DNA from: an uncultured Acidobacteriota bacterium
GTDB lineage: Bacteria; Acidobacteriota; Thermoanaerobaculia; Multivoradales; UBA5704
NCBI GenBank assembly: GCA_963770895.1
Contig: CAVYRF010000001.1
Span: forward strand, 736,001 to 800,000
DNA: 64,000 bases
Direction of reading: 5' to 3'
Shown here: positions 46,248 to 58,786 of the stretch, piece by piece
Layout of the letters: each line of letters opens with the position of its first letter
Numbering within the stretch: the stretch's first letter is position 1
Translations under genes and position numbers: made by a program
The notes under the pieces: generated by a model
Told to the model about the DNA's origin: nothing
The model's input: the letters and a program-made list of their open reading frames with translations, nothing else
Databases searched by the model: none

Positions 46248-46299
46248 GTAGGCGCCGGCGGGCCGCGCTGCGGCATCTTCGCCGCTGCACAGTCATGGA

Positions 46300-46328
46300 T
46301 TGACATCTGAGGGACCCTGGCCTATAGT
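46300..46328 (+). promoter_or_regulatory. sigma70 promoter of the rpsA operon
   Basis: TTGACA-17-TATAGT. Confidence 0.8.
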
Positions 46329-46434
46329 TCTACGTCCCGAGTTCTAAACGAGTTAGGCAGAACTCGAGCCCCACGTTCGTTGGGGACTACAGGCCAAGTG
46401 CCTGAATCCACGCCCAAGGAGGTACGTCTTTACT

Positions 46435-48366
46435 ATGCCGGCCAGTGAAGAAAGCCAGGACCAGCTGACCATGACGGCTGAGTCCGACGCCGAGGAGCAG
46501 CAACAGCAGGCGGATTACCAGAAGCTCCTCGATCTGTACGACGAGAGCATGCGCAATCTCACCGAGGGAGAGATCGTCCCGGGTCGCGTCATCGGGGTGA
46601 CTTCCAATTCGGTGATCGTGGACGTCGGCTACAAGTCCGAAGGTCTGATTCCCATCGAGGAGTTCACCGATCGCGAAGGCCGCCTCACCGTGGCCGTCGG
46701 CGAAGAGGTGGACGTGTTGCTCGAAAAGACCGAAGACCTCGAAGGCCACGTGCTGCTCTCCCGCATCAAGGCGCAGCGCATGCGCCGCTGGACCGAAGTG
46801 GAGCGGGCCTACAAGGACGGGCGGGTCATCAAGGGGCGCATCACCGACCGCATCAAGGGCGGTCTCACCGTGGACGTCGGCTTGCGCGCCTTCCTGCCGG
46901 GGTCGCTGGTGGACATCAAGCCGGTCAAGAACCTCGAATCGCTGCGCGGCCAGGAGATGGAATTCAAAGTCATCAGCCTGGACCGGCGCCGCAACAACAT
47001 CGTGCTGTCGCGCAAGGCGGTGCTGGAAACCGAGCTGGTCAAAAAGAAGGCCGAAACCCTCAAGAAGCTCGAAGAGGGTGCGCGGCTCAAGGGCGTGGTC
47101 AAGAACATCACCGACTACGGCGTGTTCATCGACCTGGGCGGCATCGACGGCCTGCTGCACATCACCGACATCTCGTGGGGCCGCGTCAATCACCCCTCGG
47201 AACATTTCTCGGTGGGCGATGAAGTCGAAGTCGTGATTCTCAAGTTCGACCCTGAAACCGAGCGCGTCTCGCTGGGTTACAAGCAGAAGGGCGACGATCC
47301 CTGGACGCTGGTGGACAAGAAGTATCCCATCGGCTCCCGGGTGCACGGCCGCGTCGTTTCGCTGGTCGATTACGGCGCCTTCGTCGAGATCGAAGAGGGG
47401 GTCGAAGGCCTCATCCACGTCAGCGAAATGTCGTGGACCAAGAAGGTGGTCAACCCGGCCAAGATCCTGGAAGTGGGCGACGAAGTGGAAGCGATCGTCT
47501 CCGAGCTGGACATGGATCAGCGCCGCATCAGCCTGTCGCTGCGCCAGACCGAGCGCAACCCCTGGGAAGAGCTGGAAGACACCCATCCGGAAGGCACCGT
47601 CATCGAAGGCAAGGTGCGCAACCTGACGGAATTCGGCGCCTTCGTCGAAATCACCGACGGCATCGACGGCCTGATCCACGTCTCGGACATGAGCTGGACC
47701 AAGCGCGTCAAGCATCCCAGCGAAGTGCTCAAGAAGGGCGATCTGGTCAAGGCGCGGATCACCAACATCGACGTGGAAAATCAGCGCGTTTCGCTGTCCA
47801 TCAAGGAATTCGTGCCCAACGAATGGGACGACTTCGCGCGGCAGCACAAGATCGGCGACGTGCTGGCGGGACGGGTCGTCAACGTCACCGACTTCGGCCT
47901 CTTCATCGACATCTACAACGGCCTCGAAGGGCTCGCCCACGTCAGTGAGATCGACATCCCCAGCGGCGCCAAGCTCGAAGACCGCTTCGCCGTGGGTGAC
48001 TACGTGCGCACCCGCATCCTGCGTATCGAAGAGGACGACAAGAAAGTCGGCCTGTCGATGCGCGGCGTGACGCAGCCGACGCCCAACGAGGTTTCCGAAA
48101 TGAAGGCGGAAGCGGCAGCCCGGCGTCACCAGGCGCTGATCGCCAGCGCCCCCGACTCCGACGCCGACTCCGACGCCGAAGGCGGCGGTGGTGCCGCCGC
48201 CGAGCCCGGCTCTGTCGTCGCGGCGGGCTCCGCCGAAGACGGCGGCGCCAGCGCTGAACCTGCCGACGAAGCGCGTGCCAAGAAGCGCGGCAACAAGAAG
48301 AAGGCCGCCGCCGCCGAGCACCACCACGACACCGACCAGGTTGCCGACGGCGAGGAAGAAGGCTGA
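46435..48366 (+). CDS. rpsA: 30S ribosomal protein S1
   Basis: Six S1 repeats (DVGYKSEG, AFLPGSL, DYGVFIDLGGIDGLLHI, EGLIHVSE); AAGGAGG RBS. Confidence 0.97.
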   Translation: MPASEESQDQLTMTAESDAEEQQQQADYQKLLDLYDESMRNLTEGEIVPGRVIGVTSNSVIVDVGYKSEGLIPIEEFTDREGRLTVAVGEEVDVLLEKTEDLEGHVLLSRIKAQRMRRWTEVERAYKDGRVIKGRITDRIKGGLTVDVGLRAFLPGSLVDIKPVKNLESLRGQEMEFKVISLDRRRNNIVLSRKAVLETELVKKKAETLKKLEEGARLKGVVKNITDYGVFIDLGGIDGLLHITDISWGRVNHPSEHFSVGDEVEVVILKFDPETERVSLGYKQKGDDPWTLVDKKYPIGSRVHGRVVSLVDYGAFVEIEEGVEGLIHVSEMSWTKKVVNPAKILEVGDEVEAIVSELDMDQRRISLSLRQTERNPWEELEDTHPEGTVIEGKVRNLTEFGAFVEITDGIDGLIHVSDMSWTKRVKHPSEVLKKGDLVKARITNIDVENQRVSLSIKEFVPNEWDDFARQHKIGDVLAGRVVNVTDFGLFIDIYNGLEGLAHVSEIDIPSGAKLEDRFAVGDYVRTRILRIEEDDKKVGLSMRGVTQPTPNEVSEMKAEAAARRHQALIASAPDSDADSDAEGGGGAAAEPGSVVAAGSAEDGGASAEPADEARAKKRGNKKKAAAAEHHHDTDQVADGEEEG

Positions 48367-48429
48367 AGAACGACGCAGCGGGCTTTCTACAGACCAGCGG
48401 GGCCAATCTGAGGAAAGAGGGGTGGGAGC

Positions 48430-48735
48430 ATGACGGTACCTTTGAAGGACGGCATGACCAAAGCCGAGCTGGTCGAAGAGGTAGCCCGCACCACGCAGCT
48501 GACGAAAAAGCACGCCGAGATCATCGTCAACACGGTGTTCGACAGCATCGTCCACTCTCTCAAGGATGGCGAGAAGATCGAGCTCAGGGGATTTGGCAGC
48601 TTCCGCATCCGCCACCGCGGGGCGCGCACCGGGCGCAATCCAAAGACCGGCGACAAGGTGAAGGTGCCCCCCAAGCGGATTCCCTATTTCAAGCCGGGCA
48701 AGGAGCTGCGCGAGCTGCTCAACGACGAGTGTTGA
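48430..48735 (+). CDS. ihfB: Integration host factor beta / HU-family protein
   Basis: MTKAEL...IELRGFGSF..GRNPKTG..PYFKPGKEL; follows rpsA. Confidence 0.9.
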   Translation: MTVPLKDGMTKAELVEEVARTTQLTKKHAEIIVNTVFDSIVHSLKDGEKIELRGFGSFRIRHRGARTGRNPKTGDKVKVPPKRIPYFKPGKELRELLNDEC

Positions 48736-48784
48736 GCCGGCGCGCGGCTCCCGCGCTCCGCACCGCTCCGGCAGCTTGCCTCGC

Positions 48785-49294
48785 ATGCAGACCCTGTTCA
48801 CTCCGTGGAGGCAGGCGTATATCACGCAGATCGAGTCCGCCTCCGAATGCTTCTTCTGCGCCGCGGCCAGCCGTCCAGACGATCCGGATGGGCTGGTCGT
48901 GGCGGTCAGCCGTTACCACCTGGTGATGCTCAATCTGCACCCGTATTCGAGCGGCCACCTGATGGTGGCGCCGCTGGCGCACCTGGCGACGCCGCAGGAC
49001 AGCGCGGAACCGGCGCGCGCGGAATTCTGGCCGCTGGTGCTGAAGACCCAGCGCATCCTTGCCGCCGCGTACGCACCGCAAGGCTTCAACATGGGCCTCA
49101 ACCTCGGCCAGGCGGCTGGCGCCGGGGTGCCGGGGCACTATCATTTCCACGTGGTGCCGCGCTGGACCGGTGACACCAACTTCATGAGCGTCCTGGCGGA
49201 GGTCCGGCTGGTGCCGGAGGAGCTGCGCCAGAGCCGCGAGCGCCTGCGGGCGCTCTTTGCGCAGGAGGAGGATTCGCTTGCCGGACACCCTTGA
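48785..49294 (+). CDS. HIT-family nucleotide hydrolase
   Basis: CFFC, LNLHPYSSGHLMV, GFNMGLN, HYHFHVVPRW. Confidence 0.92.
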   Translation: MQTLFTPWRQAYITQIESASECFFCAAASRPDDPDGLVVAVSRYHLVMLNLHPYSSGHLMVAPLAHLATPQDSAEPARAEFWPLVLKTQRILAAAYAPQGFNMGLNLGQAAGAGVPGHYHFHVVPRWTGDTNFMSVLAEVRLVPEELRQSRERLRALFAQEEDSLAGHP

Positions 49295-49775
49295 CTCCGC
49301 TTCGCCGTCCGCGTCGCCCACGGCGCCGCCGCCCGCGGTGACGCCGGCGCCCCCGGTGTCGTTCGACCCGGATGCCGCGGACGGTCAACCCCCGCTGCCG
49401 TCCCTGCCGCCGGCGCAGCTGGTGGTGGCGGTGGTCCTGGCCTGGCTGGTGCCGGGCCTGGGGCACATCTACGTCAAGCGCCTGGCGCGCGGCGTGGTGT
49501 TCTTCGTGCTGGTCGCCGTCGCCATCGCCGTCGGCTGTTCGCTGCAGGGCAACCTCTATCAGCCGATCAAGGGGCAGCCGCTCAGCTACCTGGCCACCTA
49601 CGCTTCGATGGGCATGGGCATCCCCTACTTCTCGCTGCGCAGCGGGCTGCACTACGAAGGCGAGCAGGAAGCCTCCGGCTACGAATACGGCACCGCCTTC
49701 CTGCTCACCGCCGGCTTGATGAACCTGCTGCTGGTGCTGGATGTCTGGGACATCGGCACCGGGAAGAAGGAGTGA
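49278..49775 (+). CDS. Conserved membrane protein (DUF6677-like)
   Basis: AWLVPGLGH...YEYGTAFLLTAGLMNLL; GGAGGAGG before the TTG start. Confidence 0.7.
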   Translation: MPDTLDSASPSASPTAPPPAVTPAPPVSFDPDAADGQPPLPSLPPAQLVVAVVLAWLVPGLGHIYVKRLARGVVFFVLVAVAIAVGCSLQGNLYQPIKGQPLSYLATYASMGMGIPYFSLRSGLHYEGEQEASGYEYGTAFLLTAGLMNLLLVLDVWDIGTGKKE

Positions 49776-49972
49776 CCGTGCTTTCGCATTTCTTCCTGAT
49801 GGTGGTGTACGCCCTGCTGGTGAGCGTCTTCTTTACCGCGCTCTGGCGGCGCGGCCGCCGCCCGCAGGTGACGCTCTTCCTGCAGCTCTTCCTCGGCATG
49901 GTGGTGGGCGGCCTGGTGGTGGCGTGGCTGATGTACCCCTTCCCGTCGGGACCGCCGGCGCCCATCCCCTGA
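49772..49972 (+). CDS. Small two-TM membrane protein
   Basis: SHF..YALLVSVFF...AWLMYPFP; GTGA coupling. Confidence 0.75.
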   Translation: MTVLSHFFLMVVYALLVSVFFTALWRRGRRPQVTLFLQLFLGMVVGGLVVAWLMYPFPSGPPAPIP

Positions 49973-50027
49973 TGTGGGCTACGGCGGCCTCCGGGACCGC
50001 CGCGACCGCCGCCTTATAATGGCCGCA

Positions 50028-51496
50028 ATGGACCGCGGTGCCGCAGCCAGCTCCCCGCCGGGCAAGCCGTCCCCGGCGGTGGAGCCTGCCGCTGCCGCAC
50101 CACATGCGCCGCAGGGGCCGCTCGTGCCTCTCCTGCCCCTCCTGCCCCTGCTGATCGTCGCCGGCGAAGCCTCGGGCGACCTGCACGGCGCCAGGCTGCT
50201 CAGCGAGCTGCGCCGGCTGGTGCCGGGGCTCAGCGCCTTCGGCCTGGGCGGCGGTGAGCTGCGCGCCGCCGGCCTCGATGCGGTGGCGGACAGCTCCGAG
50301 GTGGCGGTGGTGGGGCTGGTGGAGGTGCTCAGGGTCCTGCCGCGCATTCGCCAGGTGTTCGCCGCGCTGCTGGCCCAGGTCGACCGGCGGCGGCCGCGCG
50401 CCGCGGTGCTGATCGATTTCCCCGACTTCAACCTGCGCCTGGCCCGGCAGCTCAAGCGCCGCGGCGTCCCGGTCATCTACTACATCAGCCCGCAGGTCTG
50501 GGCCTGGCGCCGCGGACGGCTCAGGACGATCGCCCGCCGGGTCGATCGCATGCTGGTGCTGTTTGACTTCGAGGTCGACCTGTACGCCCGCGCCGGGGTG
50601 CCGGTGGCGCACGTCGGCCATCCGCTCATCGACGAGGTGCCGCAGCTGCCCACCGCCTGGGATCACGCGCCCTCGGCGCCCTTGGCGCGATCGTTGCCGC
50701 CATCGCCGTCGCCATCATCGTCATCGCCATCTTTGCCGCCTCCGTCGTCGCCGCCAGCGCAGCCCCTGGCGGGGCCGCCGTTTCGCATCGCGCTGCTGCC
50801 CGGTTCCCGGCGCGGCGAGGTTGCCAAGCTGCTGCCGGCGATGTTGGGGGCGGTGGCGCTGCTGGGGGCGCAGGTGCCGATCGAAGTGTCGCTGATTCGC
50901 GCCTCGACGATCGCGGACGATCTGCTGGCGGGTTACCTGGCCGGCTTCACGCCGGCGGCGGGCGCTGCCGGCGGCGCGGGTGGGGCCATGCCGCGGCCGG
51001 CGCTGCCGGCGTTGCCGCCCGTGCGGGTCGTGGGGGGCGACGATCGCTTCGCCGCCATCGCCGGCGCGCACGTGGCGCTGTGCGCTTCGGGGACGGCCAC
51101 GCTGGAGGTCGGCCTGCTCGGCACGCCGATGGTCGTCGTCTACCGCCTTGCCGCCTGGACCTACCGCATGGCAAAGATCCTGGTGCGGCTGCCCAATTTC
51201 GCCCTGGTCAACCTGGTGCTCGGCCGCGAGGCGGTCCCCGAGCTGCTGCAGCACGAAGTGGTGCCGCAGCGCCTCGCCGCCGAGGCGCTGCACCTGCTCA
51301 CCGACGCGGCGGCGCGCGAGCGCCAGCGTGCCGCCCTGGCCGAGCTGCGTCCGCGCCTGGGGGAGGGCGGCGCCAGCGCGCGGGCGGCGGCGCAGGTGGC
51401 GGACCTGCTGGCGCGTCTGGCGCCGCCGCCGCCGGCCGTACAGCCGCCCGCGGCGGTGGCCAGCGGCACCAGCGGCACGGCGGCAAGGGTGCCGGC

Positions 51497-51500
<4 letters not shown>
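50028..51500 (+). CDS. lpxB: Lipid-A-disaccharide synthase
   Basis: AGEASGDLHG, IDFPDFN, SPQVWAWR, VGHP, LPGSR, SGTATLE. Confidence 0.95.
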
Positions 51501-53434
<1,934 letters not shown>

Positions 53435-53457
53435 TCCAGGGCCCCGACCGCTGGCGC

Positions 53458-54099
53458 GTGCCGCTGCTCGCGCTGGCCGCGGTGGCGGCGATCCGCGCGC
53501 TGCGCTCGACCGTCCGGGTGCGCCACCACGGCGCCGCCGCGGTGCGCGCCCGCGAGGCGGCCGGCCAGCGCTTCATCCTCGCCTTCTGGCACCGCCACCT
53601 GCTGCTGATGCCCTACGCCTACCGCGGCCGGCGCATCTCGGTGCTGATCAGCCGCAGCCGCGACGGCGAGCTGATCGCCCGCACGGTGGCGCGCTTCGGC
53701 ATCGACGCGTCGCGCGGCTCGAGCAGCCGCGGCGGCGCCGCCGGCCTGCGCGACCTGCTGCGCAAGGCCGCCGCGGGCTACGACCTGGCGTTCACCCCGG
53801 ACGGACCGCGCGGCCCGGCCGGCGTGGTGCAGCCCGGCGTGATCCTGGCGGCGGCAGCCACCGGTCTGCCGGTCTTTCCGGTCGCCATCGCCGCCTCGCG
53901 CTGCCGCCGCCTGCGCTCGTGGGACCGCTTTCTGGTGCCGCTGCCGCTCGCGACCGTCCACATCGTCTACGGTGAAGCCTTCAACGTCCCTCGCGGCGAG
54001 GCGCGGGCGCCGGACGCCGCCGCCGCCGAGCTGGGCCGCCGCCTGGACGGCGCCGCGGCACGCGCCGAGCTGCTGGCGGGCCATGGCAGCGACGGATGA
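53458..54099 (+). CDS. DUF374 lysophospholipid/lipid A acyltransferase-like protein
   Basis: AFWH, SRSRDGE, RGSSSRGG, TPDGPRGP, SWDRF. Confidence 0.88.
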   Translation: MPLLALAAVAAIRALRSTVRVRHHGAAAVRAREAAGQRFILAFWHRHLLLMPYAYRGRRISVLISRSRDGELIARTVARFGIDASRGSSSRGGAAGLRDLLRKAAAGYDLAFTPDGPRGPAGVVQPGVILAAAATGLPVFPVAIAASRCRRLRSWDRFLVPLPLATVHIVYGEAFNVPRGEARAPDAAAAELGRRLDGAAARAELLAGHGSDG

Positions 54100-54211
54100 C
54101 GAACCGTGCGCGGGACTCGGACGGAGGCGGCCGCCGCCGCGCGGGCGGCCGGCGCCAACCGCCGCACAGGCCGCTGCTTTAAACCAGCTTTCGATGGATG
54201 GGAGAACGACG

Positions 54212-55087
54212 ATGCGGAGCATGACCGGGTACGGCGAAGCGAGCGGGCGCAGCGAACGGCGCGCCGTCACGGTGGCGCTCAAGGCGGTGAATCACCGCTT
54301 CCTGGATCTCCAGGTGCGCCTGGGCGACGAGCTGCGGGCGAGCGAGCCGGCGCTGCGCGAGGCGCTGTCGCGCGAGCTGGCGCGCGGCCGCGTGGAGGCG
54401 CGGGTGGAGGTGCGCGCGGCAGGGGAGCGCGGCCAGGTGGAGATCGACCTGGGGCTGGTCAAGGCGGTGCAGGCGGCGGTCGGCGCGCTGGTGGCGGAAG
54501 GGGTGGTGGCGTCAGGCCTGACCGCGGGCGACCTGCTGCGCCTGCCGGCCGTGCTGCGGGTGGAGAGCGCGGCCGCCGGCTGGGACGAGCGGGACGACGA
54601 GCTGCTGCTGGGCACCGCCGCGGCGGCGGTCGCGCAGCTGGTCGCCGGGCGCGAGGCGGAGGGCGCCGGCCTGGCGGCGGCGCTGGGCGAAAGGCTGACG
54701 GGGATCGGCGCGGCGGTGGAGCGCCTGGACGCCTTGCGCGGCCCGGCGCTCGAAGAGACCGCCGCCGCCCTGCGCCGGCGGGTCTCCGAGCTGCTCGCCG
54801 GGCACGAGATGGACCCGGCGCGCATCGCCCAGGAGGTGGCGCTGCTCGCCGACCGCGGCGACGTGAGCGAGGAGATCGATCGCCTGCGCTCGCACCTGGA
54901 GCATTTCCGCGCCGTGGCCGGCGGCGCCGGGGCGAGCGGCAAGCGGCTCGACTTCCTCACCCAGGAGATCTTTCGCGAGCTCAATACCCTGGGCGCCAAG
55001 TGTCGCAACGCCGAGATGATCCGCTGCGTCCTGGACGCCAAGGTGCTGTGCGAGCAGCTGCGCGAACAGGTGCAGAACGTGGAGTAG
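54212..55087 (+). CDS. yicC: YicC/YloC family endoribonuclease
   Basis: MRSMTGYG, VNHRFLD, EEIDRL, GKRLDF, REQVQNVE. Confidence 0.95.
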   Translation: MRSMTGYGEASGRSERRAVTVALKAVNHRFLDLQVRLGDELRASEPALREALSRELARGRVEARVEVRAAGERGQVEIDLGLVKAVQAAVGALVAEGVVASGLTAGDLLRLPAVLRVESAAAGWDERDDELLLGTAAAAVAQLVAGREAEGAGLAAALGERLTGIGAAVERLDALRGPALEETAAALRRRVSELLAGHEMDPARIAQEVALLADRGDVSEEIDRLRSHLEHFRAVAGGAGASGKRLDFLTQEIFRELNTLGAKCRNAEMIRCVLDAKVLCEQLREQVQNVE

Positions 55088-55215
55088 CAGGGGCAGGGGG
55101 CCGCGTGCGGGGGCCCCGCGGGAACCGGCGCCGCGAACCTGGCGACCTGCCGCCATGTCCCCCGAGCCGGCGCCCGCGGCGCCTGCTGTTGCCGGTAAGC
55201 CTGTCTGGCAGGAGC

Positions 55216-55362
55216 CTACGGGCAGATCTCGACGCAGGAAACCACCTGCGTCGGGCACCACGGGTGGGTGGTGGCGGCCGCCGCGATTCCGGCCAGGCTG
55301 GCGGGGTCGAGCCGGTTGAGGGTTTCGCGGTGCAGGCGGATGCGCTGGATCTGCTTCTTCAT
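55216..55362 (-). CDS. 48-aa lanthipeptide-like RiPP precursor (not in the ORF track)
   Basis: Hand translation MKKQIQRIRLHRETLNRLDPASLAGIAAAATTHPWCPTQVVSCVEICP*; AAAGGAG RBS; basic leader and Thr/Ser/Cys core. Confidence 0.8.
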   Translation of the reverse strand: MKKQIQRIRLHRETLNRLDPASLAGIAAAATTHPWCPTQVVSCVEICP

Positions 55363-55520
55363 GGTCTTCTCCTTTGGTTGTGGAACCGTCTACCCATCAG
55401 ATTGCAGCGAATGGTTCAATGCGTGACAATCCAGGTGCTGGACGACGGCAGCGGCGCCGGCGCGGGGGGCGGGGCACCGGCGAGGAGCGCCGCCGGCGGC
55501 GTGGTAGCATCCAGAAGCAA

Positions 55521-56183
55521 GTGAACGATCCAACCCCTCGTCGCGGCGACCTGTTCATCCTCTCCGCCCCGTCCGGCACCGGCAAGACGACGCTGATCCG
55601 CGGTCTCTTGGAAGGGCCGATGCACGGTTGCGCGGAGCTGGCGTTTTCGGTCAGCCACACCACGCGCGCGCCGCGCACCGGCGAGGTCGACGGCCAGGAC
55701 TATTACTTCGTCGACTCGGCGACGTTCCAGTCGATGGTGGCGGCGGATCTCTTTCTGGAGTGGGCGGAGGTGCACGGCAATTTCTATGGCACCGCGCTCG
55801 CCGAGGTGATGCCGCGCCTGGAGCAGGGGATGGACGTGTTGCTCGATATCGACGTGCAGGGGGCGGCGCGCGTCGTCGCCCGCCACCCGGCGGCCTACAG
55901 CATTTTCGTGATGCCCCCCAGCTACCAGGTGCTGGCGCGGCGCCTGGCGCGGCGCGGCCTGGACGATCCGCAGTCGATCACCCGCCGGCTGGCCACCTCG
56001 GCCGTCGAGATGGAGCGCTGGAACCGGTACAACTATGTAATAATCAACGATGACGCCGCTCGCGCGAGCGAGGCCCTGGCCTCAATCATCCGCGAAAAGC
56101 GTTACCGGCAGGACTCGATGCGCAGCCGGGTGCAGAGCATCCTGAAAGACTTCCAAGAGCGGGGCGACCCGCAGACCCTGTGA
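55521..56183 (+). CDS. gmk: Guanylate kinase
   Basis: SAPSGTGKTT, SHTTRAPR, EVHGNFYGT, DIDVQG. Confidence 0.95.
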   Translation: MNDPTPRRGDLFILSAPSGTGKTTLIRGLLEGPMHGCAELAFSVSHTTRAPRTGEVDGQDYYFVDSATFQSMVAADLFLEWAEVHGNFYGTALAEVMPRLEQGMDVLLDIDVQGAARVVARHPAAYSIFVMPPSYQVLARRLARRGLDDPQSITRRLATSAVEMERWNRYNYVIINDDAARASEALASIIREKRYRQDSMRSRVQSILKDFQERGDPQTL

Positions 56184-56261
56184 CTGGAACCGGAAAACCC
56201 GTCCGGCCTGAAAGCGGCGGCGCCCGCGATCTCTGTTCGCGCCGCCTGGGAGACCGTTTGC

Positions 56262-56519
56262 ATGGATGAGAGGAACACCGATCGCGCCCCCGAGGTGGAC
56301 AGCAAGTTCCGCCTCGTGCTGGTCGCCGCCACCCGCGCCGAGCAGCTGATCCGCGGCGCCCGCCCCAAGCTGGACAACGCCAGCAAGCGCAAGTCGACGC
56401 GTCTGGCGATGGATGAGGTCGCCAGCCACCTGGTGGAATGGGGCTACGGCCCGCCGCCGCAGCCCGAACCGGCCCCCGAAGCCGCGGCCGAGGAGCAGCC
56501 GGCGGCGGAAGTCCACTAG
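56262..56519 (+). CDS. rpoZ: RNA polymerase omega subunit
   Basis: DSKFRLVLVAATRAEQL...AMDE; gmk-rpoZ-coaBC synteny. Confidence 0.9.
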   Translation: MDERNTDRAPEVDSKFRLVLVAATRAEQLIRGARPKLDNASKRKSTRLAMDEVASHLVEWGYGPPPQPEPAPEAAAEEQPAAEVH

Positions 56520-56595
56520 CGGCCCGGCCGGTGGATCACACGGTCCGCCGGCCAACAAGCCCACCCACCGCCTATCTATCGATCGTCCGGCGGCC

Positions 56596-57888
56596 ATGAT
56601 GAGCACCACCGCGTCGCCGGCCGATCCTTCGCCAAGCGCGCCGCCGCCCCCCTTGCACGTGCTGCTGGGGGTGAGCGGCGGCATTGCCGCCTTCAAGGCG
56701 GCCGAGCTGGTGCGCCGCCTGCGCGCCCGCGGCCATCACGTGCGCTGCGCGCTGACCCGCCACGCCGCCGCCTTCGTCACCCCCCTGACGCTGGAGGTGC
56801 TGAGCGGCCATCCGGTGCATGGCGAAGAGTACCTGCAGGCCGGCCCGGCGGGGGCGCAGGGCGAAGAAGCCCACATCGCCGCCGCCGCCTGGGCCGACGT
56901 GCTGTGCGTCGCGCCGGCCACCGCCAACCTGCTGGCCCGCCTGGCGCTCGGCCTGGCCGACGACTTTCTGTCGACCGCCGCGCTCGCCTTCGCCGGTCCG
57001 CTGGTGGCCGCTCCCGCCATGCACAGCACCATGTGGCGCCAGGCGGTGATGCAGGAGCACGTGGCGGCGCTGCTGCGCCGCGGCGTGCGCCTGGTGGGAC
57101 CGGTCGAAGGGCCGCTGGCCTCGGGAGAAACCGGCATCGGCCGCATGGCCGAACCCGACGCCATCGTCGCCGCGATCGAAGCGGCCGCCCGTGCCGCTGT
57201 CACCGCCGGCTCGCTGCGCGGCCGGGCGGTGCTGGTCACCGCCGGTCCAACGCATGAACCGCTCGATCCGGTGCGGTTCCTGGGCAACCGTTCCAGCGGC
57301 AAGATGGGCTTCGCCCTCGCCGCCGAAGCGGCGCGGCGCGGCGCCGGCGTCACCCTGATCGCCGGGCCGGTGGCGCTGGCAACGCCCGCCGGCGTGCGGC
57401 GCATCGACGTCACCACGGCGGCCGAGATGGCGGCGGCGACCCGCGGCGAAGCGGCGCGCGCCGACATGATCGTGATGGCGGCGGCAGTGGCCGATTTCCG
57501 TCCCCTCCAGGTTGCCCCCGCCAAGATCAAGAAGTCGCAGGGCGGCCTGCAGGCGATCGAGCTGGCCGAAAACCCCGACATCCTGGCCAGCCTGCGGCAG
57601 GCGGCGCCGGCCGCCCTGCTGGTCGGCTTCGCCGCCGAAACCGAGCAGCTGGAAGCCAACGCCCGCCAGAAGCTGGCAGCCAAGGGCGCCGACCTGCTGG
57701 TGGCCAACGACGTCTCGCGTCGCGACATCGCCTTTGGCAGCGAAGCCAACGAGGTGACCGTCTACCGTCGCACCGGCGACCCGATCTTCCTGGCGCGCCG
57801 GCCCAAATCGGAGATCGCCGGCGCGCTGCTCGACCTCTTCGCCGCGGCGCTGCCGCCGCCGGCCGCCGCCGCGGGTCCAACAGGCTGA
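56596..57888 (+). CDS. coaBC: Phosphopantothenoylcysteine decarboxylase/ligase
   Basis: GVSGGIAAFK, APATAN, PAM, TAGPTHE..DPVRFLGNRSSGKMG, GFAAET. The usual GxLAC motif reads GPLAS here. Confidence 0.95.
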   Translation: MMSTTASPADPSPSAPPPPLHVLLGVSGGIAAFKAAELVRRLRARGHHVRCALTRHAAAFVTPLTLEVLSGHPVHGEEYLQAGPAGAQGEEAHIAAAAWADVLCVAPATANLLARLALGLADDFLSTAALAFAGPLVAAPAMHSTMWRQAVMQEHVAALLRRGVRLVGPVEGPLASGETGIGRMAEPDAIVAAIEAAARAAVTAGSLRGRAVLVTAGPTHEPLDPVRFLGNRSSGKMGFALAAEAARRGAGVTLIAGPVALATPAGVRRIDVTTAAEMAAATRGEAARADMIVMAAAVADFRPLQVAPAKIKKSQGGLQAIELAENPDILASLRQAAPAALLVGFAAETEQLEANARQKLAAKGADLLVANDVSRRDIAFGSEANEVTVYRRTGDPIFLARRPKSEIAGALLDLFAAALPPPAAAAGPTG

Positions 57889-58751
57889 TGCCCCTTATCC
57901 CCAACGACGATCCGGCGGCCCTGGCGCAGCTCCTGGGCTACCTCGACGAGATCGGCTACGGCGAGCTCTACCTGGGGCGGCCCGCCGGCACCCCCGCGGC
58001 GGCGCCGGGCAACGCCGGTGGGCGCGGCCCCGACCCTGCTGCCGGCGCCGATGCCGATGCCGCCGCGGCCGCCCTGCGCGCCGTGGCCGACCTGGCGGCG
58101 GCCGCCCGCGACGCCACCCACGCGGGCGAAGGCGCCGGCGAGCCCGCGGCCGCCGCCTCCGGCGAACCCCTGCCCGCGGCCGGCGACGCGCCGGCGCGCG
58201 CTGCCGCTCTGGCCGCCCTGGCGGAGGTGGTGGCGCCCTGCCGGCGCTGCCGCCTGTGCGAAGGCCGCAACAAGACGGTGTTCGGCTCCGGCGACCCCGA
58301 CGCCGACCTGATGTTCATCGGCGAAGGGCCGGGCGCCGAAGAAGACCGCCAGGGTCTGCCCTTCGTCGGCCGCGCCGGCGAGCTGCTGACGCGCATCATC
58401 GAGGCGATCGACATGACGCGGCAGCAGGTCTACATCGCCAACATCGTCAAGTGCCGGCCGCCCGGCAACCGCGATCCGCAGCCCGACGAAGTGACCGCCT
58501 GCCGTCCCTACCTCGAAAAGCAGATCGCCTTGGTGCAGCCGCGCTTTCTGGTGGCGCTGGGCCGCATCGCGGCGCAGACCCTGCTGGGCACCGACATGCC
58601 GATCGGCCGCATGCGCGGCCAGTGGTTCCAGGTCTTCGGCGTGCCGACCATGGTCACCTACCACCCGGCGGCGCTGCTGCGCAATCCCGCCCTCAAGCGC
58701 CCGACCTGGGAAGACATGCAGCAGGTGCGCGACCGCCTGCGCACGCCGTAA
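57888..58751 (+). CDS. Family 4 uracil-DNA glycosylase
   Basis: [35 protein letters not shown]. Confidence 0.93.
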   Translation: MPLIPNDDPAALAQLLGYLDEIGYGELYLGRPAGTPAAAPGNAGGRGPDPAAGADADAAAAALRAVADLAAAARDATHAGEGAGEPAAAASGEPLPAAGDAPARAAALAALAEVVAPCRRCRLCEGRNKTVFGSGDPDADLMFIGEGPGAEEDRQGLPFVGRAGELLTRIIEAIDMTRQQVYIANIVKCRPPGNRDPQPDEVTACRPYLEKQIALVQPRFLVALGRIAAQTLLGTDMPIGRMRGQWFQVFGVPTMVTYHPAALLRNPALKRPTWEDMQQVRDRLRTP

Positions 58752-58786
58752 CGGCGCGCCGCAAGGGAGCGGCACAGCGGCGCACC

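Noticed and set aside
46329-46434. Structured rpsA leader RNA
   Set aside because: A short hairpin (GAGTTCT...AGAACTC) is visible, but I cannot match it to a known family by eye.
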